A stretch of 63,897 nt of DNA, the filler included, from Kipferlia bialata (lineage: Eukaryota), in the NCBI GenBank assembly GCA_003568945.1. It is 5 parts of 5 records of this genome, joined end to end, with 100 filler letters (N's around TTAATTAATTAA, not from the genome) between each part and the next. Parts side by side here need not be neighbours in the genome. Positions count along the whole stretch, not along the records: positions 23,984 to 47,857 come from BDIP01000246.1; positions 47,958 to 55,570 come from BDIP01000290.1; 3 more parts are not named here. One strand, given 5' to 3'. Numbering within the stretch: the stretch's first letter is position 1; every line of letters starts with the position of its first letter. A program made the position numbers and the translations under genes. A model generated the notes under the pieces. It was not told the DNA's origin. It saw only the letters and a program-made list of their open reading frames with translations, and made no database searches. This document shows positions 39,745-51,856 of this stretch, one piece after another.

Positions 39745-41654
39745 ATGGATGGCGGTTATGTTGCGGAGGATGATTCTGATGAGTGGAGTGTGAAGAGTGA
39801 AGAGGAGTTTGAGTGGACTGAGAGACACGAATTATTAGCAGATCAGTGGGAGAAGACTGGTAGCATCCCAAAGATATTGTACACAGATCTGGAGGAGGAG
39901 GTATGTACAGTGCTTATATATATAAAGTGCCTCTCTCTCTCTCTCTCTACATATATATGTATACTTGTATATGTATATATCAACGAATATACAGGTGTGT
40001 AGTATATAGAGTCACGGCAACTGACCGTGCATGTCTCTCTCTTTGTTATTCTCTCTCTCTCTGTATATATATGTATACACATATTTACTATGATAGTCAG
40101 ATATTTGACCCCTTCGATACACTGCATAGTCTTCGTATGACCTAACCCTGTCTCTAACACAGACTGTCAGAGGCCTAGGTCTGGAGGTCCTGGTTTCAGA
40201 TGATGTGAATGACTATTTCAGATACTTCATTGCTGAGGGGTGAGTAATCCAGTTAGATCTAACTGAAATGTATAGTTTGATAGTCACAATTTGATTCATA
40301 CTCAATTCCCTTTCACTTCTCCTCGGTTGTCAGGTGCTAGCGTATACGGGGGTATGTATACATAAAAGCGTTTTACGTCTATTATACTTACTCTATCAAC
40401 AATAGAGTAAGACCCTACCAATGTCAGTCTCTTACCGCAGGATTATCTTAGAGGTTGAGAGAGAAAACATATATGAAATCTCCCCCACCCGTCCCCAGTG
40501 GAAGCGGATCAATGCTGCTATAGCTAGGGGGAAGGACCTTGGATTCCACAGGCTGTCAAGGTACAGTGCTGACAATTTTCTCTCTCTCCCCCACTTGTGA
40601 ATGCATATGCCCTCTCTCTCTACAATGACTCTGTCTTTCTTCTTATCTTATAATATATCTTATATAATTATCTTATAGTATATTTATATAATTATCTTAT
40701 ATAATAATCCTATAATTCATCTTATAGCAGCCGTGGCCGTCTGGACTATGCTCGTGCAAGTGTGAAAGCGGAGAACATAGAGAAGGTAACTGGGAGGATA
40801 GAGTGTATATATGTGTGTGTGTTAAGGTATGGATATATGTACAAAATCAGTATGTGCATAGTGACTACTTTAGATACTGCAAATATTATCTCTATTATAT
40901 GGGGTGCTAATGATACTAACCGCAGGACTTCTGGTGGGTGTGGTACCTACAGAACAAGGAAGCAGAGGGCATCGACTGGGAGGGGAATGTGGTGGAGACA
41001 GAGGGAGAGAGGGTGGGTGCATGTATACATAGTATATGTGTACTACCTAACCCTCACAGCATAACACTTGATCTCTCCTCTCTGCCCCCGCCTGTCTGTA
41101 ATAATATAGCAATGTGTGAGTTCAGACTCACCAACAGTCAACGTGTCTTCTAGGTCCTTCTCTGCACTCTCTTCTACTCACCACAGCCTGAGTTCTGGTA
41201 CGATGCCTGGGGCCCCGTCCTCGTCCAAGCACTTCCCCAGCTCTTTGGAAGGTGAATATGGTATATATTATGTAATATATATACTAGAGTTACTATTGTA
41301 TTTATGATGTTTATGATACTGATCCCCGTGCACTGTCTGCCACAACTGTTTGGAAGGTGTCAGTAAATGGTATATACTCTGTTGTTCTTTCTCCCTATCT
41401 CCCCCCATTTCCCCCGCTTCCACAAGTCCAAGTGGTGTCTCGGAACCAAGTGTATCCACTACTGATAAGGGGTCTAGTACCACTAGCAGTAGTACCAGTC
41501 ACAAGGCGTCCAAGGGAGCAGCGAAGGTATCAGTATCAGTATCAGTATATACTCTATATACCATAGGGTATATATGTGTAATTTATATCATGTTCTCTCT
41601 CTACCCCCTTATCACAAGGCGTCCAAGGGAGCAGGGAGGTATAAGACGGGGTAG
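39745..41654 (+). CDS. Unknown-function family paralog B
   Basis: MDGGYVAEDDSDEWSVKSEEEFEWTERHELLADQWEKTGSIPK|...DYFRYFIAEG|...QWKRINAAIARGKDLGFHRLS|RGRLDYARA|DFWWVWYLQNKEAEGIDWEGNVVE|FWYDAWGPVLVQALPQLFG, then an S/T-rich tail. Confidence 0.78.
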
Positions 41655-42026
41655 ATGACGGGATTCGCCCATGCTTGAGGATTGGAGGACATAAGCGTAT
41701 ATACTTGCCCTGACTCTAAGTGACCTTATGGTTACATGACCTGTTTCTTGGTGTCTGGTCTCAAGCAAATAGATGTCATGATATATATGGTATATATCTA
41801 TATGGTATATATCTATATGATATATATGATATATAGATGAGATGATTGTATCTGTCACAAGCCGAGGAGGCGCAGGACATGAAAACGATTGGGACGGGGG
41901 TGGAATGGGGACATCTATTGTTAATGCATTTGACCAGGTATAGGATGGTGCTTGTCAGACATTGACCACACCCTGATGCAATCAAAGTGTTCCAAGGTCT
42001 GTATCAAGAAGAAATCCCAACCTCAT

Positions 42027-42070
42027 AGAGACACTCCAGAGACACTCCAGAGACACTCCAGAGACACTCT
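42027..42070 (+). repeat. 11-bp tandem repeat AGAGACACTCC, about 4 copies
   Basis: Directly visible. Confidence 0.8.
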
Positions 42071-42179
42071 TGAGACAAAAACTCGACATTCAGACAACTA
42101 CTATGCTATTGACCAGACCTCTAAGTTACAAATGGTGTAATGGGTGTTGAATAGGGTTGAAGGAATAATGGAATGAGTC

Positions 42180-42219
42180 ATCCGGTTTTTGGAAGCGGAT
42201 ATTTCTGAAAGGGTCTAGT
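42180..42219. promoter_or_regulatory. Copy of palindromic upstream element before paralog C
   Basis: ATCCGGTTTTTGGAAGCGGATATTTCTGAAAGGGTCTAGT, about 108 bp before ATG 42288. Confidence 0.5.
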
Positions 42220-42287
42220 CAGTGCCTCAAGGACTCGTATCCACACTGGGTCTCTCCTGTCTCTATCTACAGACCTAGCAGATAGCA

Positions 42288-45200
42288 ATGGACGACTGTT
42301 ACGTGGTGGAGGTTGATACTGATGATGAGGAGAGTGTGGAGATAGAAGATGAGTATCAGTGGAGTGAGGAGCACGAGATGTTGGCACAGCAGTATGAGAT
42401 TACTGGTATTCCAAAGAGGCTTAACACAGCTCTAGAGATCCAGGTATATATACATGTATATGTATGATAGCAAATGAGCAGTTGGCACAGCAGTATAGGG
42501 CGACAGAGGATATACCAGAGGTGCTTGACACAGACCTTGAGACCCAGGTGTGTATATATATACATATATATATATGAGATGTTAGCAGATCAGTGAGAGA
42601 AGACTGGTATTCCGAAGATGCTTGACACAGACCTTGAGACCCAGGTGTGTATGATGTAGTCACGATAACTGATAACAATGAGTACATATGTATAGTAGTA
42701 TATCCATTGTGACACTCTAGTATTGAGATCCAGGTGTATATATATATATGCTATAGTCACGATAACTGGATTTTTCGTGGCTGTGCGTAGTATCCCTCTC
42801 TCTCATTCTCTCTCTCTCTATATATTTATATACATACACACGTGTGTAGTATGATATATAGTATATATAGTAGATCACAGACCCCTTCGAGGCACTATAT
42901 ATAGTATTCATATACCCTGACCCTGATTCTATATATTTGTCTTTCTCTCTCTACACACACACATATTTATATACAAATATATACTGGTCATATATATATG
43001 TACTAATATATACTGATCATATCCTGACCCTGTTATAACCACCCCTCTTCCGAGCACTAGTGCAGATAGTACTATATATATATGTATATACATATATAGC
43101 AGTATATGTATAGTGCGTCTCTCTCATATTCATGTCCTGACCCTGACTCTGACACAGGTTGCCAGAAGACTCAAGCATGAGGTTTTCGACTATGATGATG
43201 TGTATGACTACTTCAGCTACTTCATAGCCGAGGGGTGAGTGACATACTCTCTAGTTATATTTATACACATGTATAGTGTATATGTATAATGTATATGTTT
43301 GTATTATCCACTATTTAAGGTGTATGACTACATCAGCTACTTCATAGCCGAGGGGTGAGTGATCTGGTTAGTACTCTGTAATAGTCTGTGATCATTCTCC
43401 ATAACTGATTCATTCTTCCTTTGCTGTCAGGTGCTAGTGTATGTGGGGTTTATATATATATATATATATATATTGGTAGAGTGTGGCCCCACTAATGTCA
43501 GTCTCTGACCCCAGGATTGTCTTCGAGGTTGGGGGAGAGAACAGCTTCAACATCTACCCCACCCATCCACAGTGGAAGCAGATTAACGCTGCTATAGCTA
43601 GGGGGAAGGAGCTTGGATTCCACAGGCTGTCAAGGTACAGTGCTGACATTGAGTCTCTTTCTCTCCTTGGTTTCTGTGTCTATTCTCTCTCTACTGGGAA
43701 AGAATCCACCCTCTCTCTCTATGGTGACTCTGTCTAATAGTAGCCGTGGCCGTCTGGACTATGCTCGTGTACAGTGCTCTCTCTCTCTTTCTCTCTCTCT
43801 CTGCTTCAATATTTTGGTTGAAGCCAAACTAACAGTAGCCGTGGCCGCCTGGACTATGCTCGTGCAAGTGTAAGAGTGGGGATCATAGCGAATGTAAGAG
43901 GGAAGATAGAGTATACATGTGTATACATTTATGTATACATACATAGTCAGTAAGTGCAGACACAAACTAATTTAGATACTGTATGTATTTCCCCTATTAT
44001 ATGGTGTCTATATATCTATGTATCTATATCTATATCTGTATAATGATAATATCTACTATCCCTGTTGTATGTATATAATGCTAACCCCAGACATTCTGGT
44101 GGGGGTGGTACATACACATACATACACATATATATATGTATATTGGTACAGGATAGCTCCTATACGTATACAGCCTCTATCATGTATGTGGAGTCTGTAT
44201 GCTGCTAACCCCAGACACTCTGGTGGGGGTGGTACACAGTCTCTGGTACTCTGGTACATACAGTATATATATACATAGTCAACACTTTCCTTAATATACA
44301 TATACAGTCTAACCCCAGACAGTCTGGTGGGGATGGTAGAGCAAGGGGCTGACGGATATATACTTGTGTATGTATATCCATATAGTGTATATGAATAGTG
44401 TATGTACCTGTAGTATTTACCCCAGGCATATTGGTTCGGGTGGTATTGCGACAACAAGGAGGCTGAGGGAATCGACTGGGACGGGAATGTGGTGGAAGTG
44501 GAGGGAGAGAGGGTGGGTTAATGTATATATATGTATATATGTGTACTTCCTTACCCTTACTACATTACCCTTGGTCTCTCCCCTCTGCCCATATGGATAC
44601 TGATACTGATACTGATACTGCCCAAAATTCCTATTTCTATTATATAGCTATCTGTGTGTAAATACTCTCCAATAGTCCAATTATCCTCTAAGTCCTAAAT
44701 TCATAACTCTTGATCTCTCCCCTCTGTCCCCACCAGTCTGTATGTTATACAGCTATGTGTCATTTTAAAACTCATCTCAGCCTGAGATCTACTACGACAC
44801 CTGGATGTCTCTCTCTCTATATATATATACTATACACTCCATATATATACTATATATATTAATATATATGCACGTCTATATATACCTCTCATCTCAGCCT
44901 GATATCTACTACGACATCTGGGGCCCCATCCTGGTGCAAGCACTGTCACAGATCTTTGGAAGGTATATAGGGTATATAGGGTATATAGGGTATATAGGGT
45001 ATATGTATGTATGACTTGTGACAGGTATATACTATATGTATATATGTATTACATATACTGAATATACAATGTATAGCTGTCATCGTGCAAGCACTGCCAC
45101 AGATCTTTGGCAGGTGTGGCATGTGCCCCCTATGTGTCGCTGAGTCATATACTAGGGGCCACATTACATCTCACATCTCACAACATATATCTCATATGTC

Positions 45201-45477
45201 TTGCACTCTCTTTATTCTCTTGCCATTCTCTTCCACCAGTCCAACTGGTGCCTAGCATTCTGTTCGAGACACAGCAAGAGACTCTCTCTCTCTCTCTCCC
45301 CCTATACCTCTCTCTTCCCACAGTCCAACTGGTGCCTCAACACCTAGTGTGTCCCAGGGTGACAAGCCTGCCAAGGGGTTTATTAGGGTGACCACTACTG
45401 CCAAGGGGCCTGGTACTTCTAGCAGCAGTACTAGTCACAAGGCGTCCAAGGGAGCAGGGAGGTATAGGACGGGGTAG
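42288..45477 (+). CDS. Unknown-function family paralog C
   Basis: MDDCYVVEVDTDDEESVEIEDEYQWSEEHEMLAQQYEITGIPK|...DYFSYFIAEG|QWKQINAAIARGKELGFHRLS|AYWFGWYCDNKEAEGIDWDGNVVE|YYDIWGPILVQAL. Shares its 3' end and 3' flank with B. Confidence 0.75.
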
Positions 45478-45732
45478 ATGGCTGGGCTCGCCCATGCTTG
45501 AGGATAGGAGAATATATGTGTATGTACCTCCCCTGATTCATAGAGACTTGACCCGTCTCTAGCTCTCAAGCATCATAGATATTGAGATAGTATGATACTA
45601 TCATAGTATCTGGCACAACCCGATACTGAGGAGACGGAGGACAACGGTTGACACGGGTGTGGAAGAGCTCTATTCATGATTCCTAGTATGATGGGACCAT
45701 ACCATGATACAAGTGTACTGTTCCAATATTTA

Positions 45733-45768
45733 TCATCCAACAACCTCATAGATGCAAAGGGTCGGCAT
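45733..45768 (-). pseudogene. Stub of an A-like gene start (MPTLCIYEVVG*) head-to-head with paralog D
   Basis: Resembles the A N-terminus MSTLCLFEI, and the upstream flank resembles 39588-39620. Confidence 0.45.
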
Positions 45769-45880
45769 TCAGACTTCTATTGCTCTCGACTTGACCTATA
45801 CCCAGAGGATAATTGGTATATTGGGTGAGTGATGAAGGCGAATTTATAATAAAATGGCTCAATTAATAATAAAATGGCTC

Positions 45881-45920
45881 ATCCGATTTTTGGAATCGGG
45901 CATTTCTGAGAGGGTCTAGT
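45881..45920. promoter_or_regulatory. Copy of palindromic upstream element before paralog D
   Basis: ATCCGATTTTTGGAATCGGGCATTTCTGAGAGGGTCTAGT, about 115 bp before ATG 45996. Confidence 0.5.
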
Positions 45921-45995
45921 AGATCTAAGACCTATTTCTGGATACTACTGACTTCTTGCTGTCTCGGTATCTATCTATAGACCTATCCGCTAGCA

Positions 45996-47857
45996 ATGCA
46001 CGACTGTTACGTTGTTGAAGAGGCGGATTCTGATATTGATGAGGATATTGTGTATCCCAGCGTGGGTGAAGAGGAGTATGAAGATGAGTGGACTGAGGAA
46101 CATGAGATGTTGGCACGGACGTATGAGACGACAGGGGTCATACCCAAGGTGTTCTGTAGTCCATTCGAGGCCAAGGTGTGTACATGATGATGATATATAG
46201 ATAGATATAGATATATATACATACATAAATATGTATGTGTGTGTGTGTGTGTTTGTGCACATGTATATATTTACATAGTGTATATGGTAGCTGATCCATT
46301 CGAGGCCAAGGTATATACATAGTATGTTAACAAGAACTGATACAGGCCTCCCACCTTCCAGTCCCAAGTGTATATGGTATGTCTCTCTCTCTCTCTCTCT
46401 CTCTATTATATAGATATATATATATCGATATGTATATATACTGTTTATACCCTGTGCATGTGTCTGACCCAGGTCCTTAGAAGACTTGGTGTGCAGGTCC
46501 TCTCTCTCTCTATCTATATATCTACATATATACATATATATACCTACATATTGGTCTGACCCAGGTCCTTAGAAGACTTGGTCTGCAGGTCCTCAAATCC
46601 AAAGATGTGCATGCCTATTTCAGCTACTTCGTAGCCGAAGGGTGAGTCATCTACTACATGAGTATACATATTGTGGTATACATAGTATATATGTAGTGCA
46701 TGCCTATATATATTATTATATAGCTGTGGGGTGAGTGACGTATCCATCCACATATATACATACATGCAATACACATCTAGAGTGAATGTTTATAGATAAA
46801 GTATACCACTGATTCTGTTATACTGGCATAACTCTGCTCTCCTCCTAGGTGCCAGTATGAGGGATATATACATGAACTATACATGATGTATATATGTGTG
46901 TGAATATACTTCTAGTCCCTACCACTGTCAGTATCTCTCTCCCTCTCTCTCTCTCTCTGTCTCTGTCTCTCTCACCACAGCATTCTGTTCGAGACACAGC
47001 AAGAGACTCTCTGTCTCTCTCTCTTTCGCTCTCCCCCTATACCTCTCTCACCATAGCATTCTGTTCGAGACACAACAAGAGACGGCGAGACACTATTCCT
47101 TTGACCTCTCCCCCTCCAGTGAGCAGTGGAAGGGCATATATGCTGCTATCCGGAGGGGGAAGGAGTTAGGATTCCACAGGCTGTCGAGGTACAGTGCTGT
47201 CTCTCTCTCTCTCTCCATCTCTGTTGTGTGACACAACTTGTGTCATAGTATACATATCTATCTAACATAGGAACTATTTATCTATCAAGGCACAGTGCTC
47301 TCTCTCTATCTCTCTCTATCCCGTTGTTTGAATTGAATCATTGAATCATTGAATCATTGAATCATTGAATCTAACAGTAGCCGTGCACGTTTGACCTATG
47401 CTCGTGCAACTGTACGGGTGGGGATCCTGGAAGAGGTATATATATAAATGTATATATATATATATGATATATATGATATATATATGATATATATGTATGT
47501 AACCTATATGTATACGACCTATGCTGGGGATCCTGGGAGAGGTAATGAGTTGTATGTCGTATATATAGTATTAATGTTTTGGTATACAGTCTTTGGTATA
47601 CTGTGAAAGTGTCACAATTATTCTCTCTCTATATTATATAGAGTCTATATGTATGCTATATACTCTCTATATGAGCGTCCTGTACTCACTCCACAGTACA
47701 CTAGCAAATTAATATACTTATATACATATGTATATATACATATAGGCCTACCCTAGGAGACACTAGGGTATACCCTCTATATATTCCTCCTGCACTCACC
47801 CTAGGAGTACTGGTGGGTGTGATACTACTACTATATATAGTGTTTATGCACTAGTAT
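45996..47857 (+). CDS. Unknown-function family paralog D (3' truncated by scaffold end)
   Basis: MHDCYVVEEADSD...EWTEEHEMLARTYETTGVIPKVFCSPFEAK|VLRRLGLQVL...YFSYFVAE|...EQWKGIYAAIRRGKELGFHRLS|RARLTYARATV. Confidence 0.75.
47333..47371 (+). repeat. 8-bp tandem repeat TTGAATCA, about 5 copies (intronic)
   Basis: Directly visible. Confidence 0.8.
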
Positions 47858-47957
47858 NNNNNNNNNNNNNNNNNNNNNNNNNNNNNNNNNNNNNNNNNNN
47901 NTTAATTAATTAANNNNNNNNNNNNNNNNNNNNNNNNNNNNNNNNNNNNNNNNNNNN
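47858..47957. other. Artificial scaffold linker
   Basis: N44-TTAATTAATTAA-N44. Confidence 0.95.
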
Positions 47958-48008
<51 letters not shown>

Positions 48009-48035
48009 ATTACACAATCAAGAACACTACCCCAC

Positions 48036-48501
48036 CTGCAGCAGTGCCTTCTTGAGGTCCTCCTCCACCAGGCCCACATCCACCTCGGCCTCAGAGGGCA
48101 GTACACCCCTCGTGTCCAGCATCTGCTTATACTTGGACGCCTGGCCGATGGCAGTGCGCAACCGGTTGTCAGACTCCAGCAGACGTTTCCGCAGCATCGT
48201 GATGATAAACTGAAGTGAGAGAGAGAAGGGGAGAGAGGGGGAGAGGGATACCATAGACATAGTGAGGGAGGGATGGAACACACCACCATTCCACACACCC
48301 AAGCGCCTATTTCCAATACTTACAGGGAATCCCTATCAATGGGTGTCACCCATGACCAAAAACGGGTACAGAGCTGGTATTATAGCAACTACTATATATA
48401 TCTCAGGCAGGTACCTGCATCCTACGCTCATTGGTGGCATCCCCGGGAATGACTGGGGCTGCCACGGTCCCCTCATACTCATCACTGTCTTGTACCGACA
48501 T
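48036..48501 (-). CDS. Coiled-coil hypothetical protein, first two exons (3' truncated)
   Basis: MSVQDSDEYEGTVAAPVIPGDATNERRMQ|FIITMLRKRLLESDNRLRTAIGQASKYKQMLDTRG...EEDLKKALLQ|GT, with phase-0 junctions. Confidence 0.65.
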
Positions 48502-48744
48502 TGCTGTGTCTGGCACAGCAAGTGCCGCCTCCGCTATGCCTTGGATACCTCAGTATGTGGGTGCTACTGAGGAGGCGCCCAGCTGCCAATTCTGGACCCA
48601 GGTCACCTGATCAGCCCCTTACTACAAAAACCTGGACCAGGTTATTTTGTAGTAAGGGGCTAGGTTCCCGATTTCAAAACTGTTGGAGCTGTCTGCCTTT
48701 CAAGCACTCAGTGACCCTACCTGTATAAGAACCACATAAGAACA

Positions 48745-51450
48745 ATGGACTTCCAGGCCCCTCCATCGCTCAACAGGGGTGGTGGATCAGCAAGAGTCAA
48801 CAGACAGCGGCTCCCCCGTGCTTCTGCCAGTCAGGAGTCCGACAATGCAGGTATGGGTTATACTGTTCAAGGGTGGATGGCATTGGTATATATACACTCC
48901 TTAGCGCAAGGAGAGTATGTGTTGATAGTTGCGCGTTGCACGATGTTGGCTGCATGAATTGCTGGAGTGTATTTCTACACTTCCATACACTGACTGATAC
49001 CAGGATTCTCAGCCACATCTGGCCCTATGAGGCGCACGTACACCAGAACCCAGAGTCTAGTGAGGACAGAGGGCAATGGAGGGCGCCTTAGGTAGGGGTA
49101 TTACGTTGTGTTCTTTTGTTGTGTCAATTGTGTTGTGATGTTCAGACAGGCTTTTCTTGTGTTCTATAGTGGGTGTCCGATGCATGCTGACATCTAGCTC
49201 TCCGAAGATTGACAAGAGCAACATCTTCGCCCCCTCCCCTGTGAGGCGCACCATGACCCACTCCCACCCCTACACCCCAGCCCCCGCTTCCTCTGCCACT
49301 GCCACTGAGGATGCACCCCAGGAGGCTAAGGAGGCAGAGGCCCCAGTGGCTGCTGCCCCTGCCTCGGGGTCCTCCCCCCTCCCTGCCGCCCGCCTGTCCC
49401 AGCCACCTCCCTCTGGATCCAGGCAGGAGAGGCGCCCCATGTCCCGGACCCTGTCTGCATCGTCGTCTGGCCAGGGCGTGGTGGCACACCTGCACTCACC
49501 CGCCACATTCACAGAGAGGGCACCCGTACCCACTGGGCCAGGTACATGTTGTCTATCTCTCTCTCTCTCTCTGTCTCTCCCCTCCCTCCTCCCCCCCTTT
49601 TTTTGTCATTCCTACTCTCTCTCTTACCCTCTAGGATACGCCGCCAGTGAGGTGCGTGCTCTCTCCCGCACCCCGAGTGTGGCTGTGGTCGACCCCACCC
49701 CCGTGGACCCAGCCCTTGCCTCAGACTCTGCCCTGCGCACTGCCTCCAGGATCACTCTTCAGAACATGCCTGCCTCCCACCTGATGGAGCCATCCACCCC
49801 AAAGGCACCGGCCAAGGGGCTGGAGATGCCACAGCCTGAGGCAGAGGCTGAGGCTGAGGGGGAGACCGTTCCCTCCCCCGGTATGGGACTGATGATGGGA
49901 GACCTCGAGGATGTGGGTGAGGAGGACAAGACAGAGCCAGAGCCAGAGGCAGTGGCAGAGGCTGAGGCTGTGGGTGTGGACGTGACCCCCCTTGAGACAG
50001 AGGCCGAGGTGGCAGCTGAGCCTAAGGCACAGCCACAGGCACAGGCACAGGGAGGAGCATCTCTGCCCCTCAACCGCCCCACGGCCATTCTGCTGGGAGA
50101 GCAGTACTCTGCGTGTCTGTACGAGGCAATGAGGGGAGAGATGGAGTGTGCGGAGATGAGGGACCACCTCAAGATTGTGTCTGACCCTGCGTTCATGGCA
50201 GGTATGATACACTAGTGTATACGTGACAGTGATATACAGGATCGTACCTACTTTCGTCAGATACCTTGTTGTCACTTTCTCTATCTCTGTGTACAGTCTC
50301 TTTCTGACCCCTAGCTGTTTGTGACGCTGGGGAGGTGTCTAACCTTGTTGTGCAGGAGGTGCTAGCCTCCAGGCCCGGGTGTGACCTGGCTCAGCCCACA
50401 GCAACAACCATAGCAGCTATCAACAAGGTATGGGGATTCCTACATATGTATCTATGCATATGTATATGTGTATATTATGATGTATCCACCCCTGTCTACC
50501 CCCCAGGTTCTGTCCAGCATGTCGGGCAGGGTGGAGCGTGCCCTCGACACTGTACTGGATGATGACATCATGAACTACATGCAGCACCACCCCCTGGTGG
50601 TCAGTGTAGGCATCCTGCACCGCGTAGGTATGCATACAGTGTGTAGTATCCACATGTCAGTATCTGTAATACCCCCCCCCCCCCCTCACCCCAGGCACTG
50701 TGATTGCCACCACCGATAGGACAGACTTTGTGTCCAGACTACTGGGTGTGGAGGTGGTCAGGGTGTGTGGCAGGTATGCAGACGGGACAGCTGTGCAGGG
50801 TGATACCCCAGAGGCAGAGGCCACCAAGCTCACCCTCAACAACCACTCGGAGACAGACGCAGAGGGTAACCTACACGACCCAAGGTGAGCACAGATAGTA
50901 TATGTACACCTGTCTGTCTATACTCATTAGTATTATTGTACCCCCTCTCACCCCGCCATTCATCTTAGGCTTTGGCCCATTGGCCTTGCCTCCTCTGACG
51001 GTGGTGTACCCGAGGAGCAGAGAGACTACGTGAGGATGTCTCTGGGCGTCGATCCCAGCAACACCCTGCAGTGCCGCAACCACCACCAGCTGGGCCTGGC
51101 CCTTGCTGCCTCTGCCGCAGCTGTTACAGACAGCACCCTCCCACACTGTGTGGCAGATGTGCCTGAGTATGCAGGCATCTACTGCGTCATCCGGTACGGG
51201 TCTAGTGTATATATATAGTGTCTAATGGATACTCTCCACTCACCTCAGTGTTGGCCGTGGTGCTGACCCCCGCGGTCTGGCTGCCCAGGTCTCTGGCATC
51301 CTTCCCATCCCCCCTAGGCACAGGGTGTGCCCCACCATGTCTGTGGGCCCAGGACACAGGAGGACCCTGGGTGTGTTTGCAGAGGAGCTGTCCAAGTACG
51401 GGGCTAGCGCTGCAGCCATTGCAGGACAGACCATGAGGGTGGTTGAGTAG
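48745..51450 (+). CDS. Hypothetical protein with a long disordered P/A/E-rich N-half and a globular C-half
   Basis: GC-rich exon chain with short GT-AG introns from MDFQAPPSLNRGGG to ...AAAIAGQTMRVVE*. Confidence 0.75.
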
Positions 51451-51856
51451 ACCCTGGGTGTGTAATGATATACCACCTGGCGGGGTGGGGAATGAATATA
51501 TGTTTGTACAAGTATTCAGTTGGCGATGTAAATTACATGGGATCATGTCACGACTCGGCTCTCAGATCTATAGAGACCCATTCACGAAGACGCGTGAAGT
51601 TGTACACTATCGGATAGTGACTATCCTTCTGATTTCCTACAACAAAGAATAGTAGTAGTAGAAGCATGACCATCTATATCTATTCAACCAGGCCATGACC
51701 AATGGTGCTCCAACCCTCACTCACATCATAGCCCTATGGCACAGCATCTCCCACACTAGTGTGCTAGTATGGACAAGACGCTGATACCGGAGAGTAATGG
51801 AGAGAAAGGAGGAAACACATTGTCAATGCGGCTTGGAGATGGTATCCATGGTAAAG

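Noticed and set aside
47958..48007. Poly-G/poly-C tracts (also near 8805, 55530, 61135, 63840) as telomeres or G-quadruplex elements
   Set aside because: They mostly coincide with contig ends, their lengths are unreliable and no telomeric repeat unit is present
49721..50275. Long antisense ORFs here and at 57448-58026
   Set aside because: They are shadows of GC-rich plus-strand coding exons
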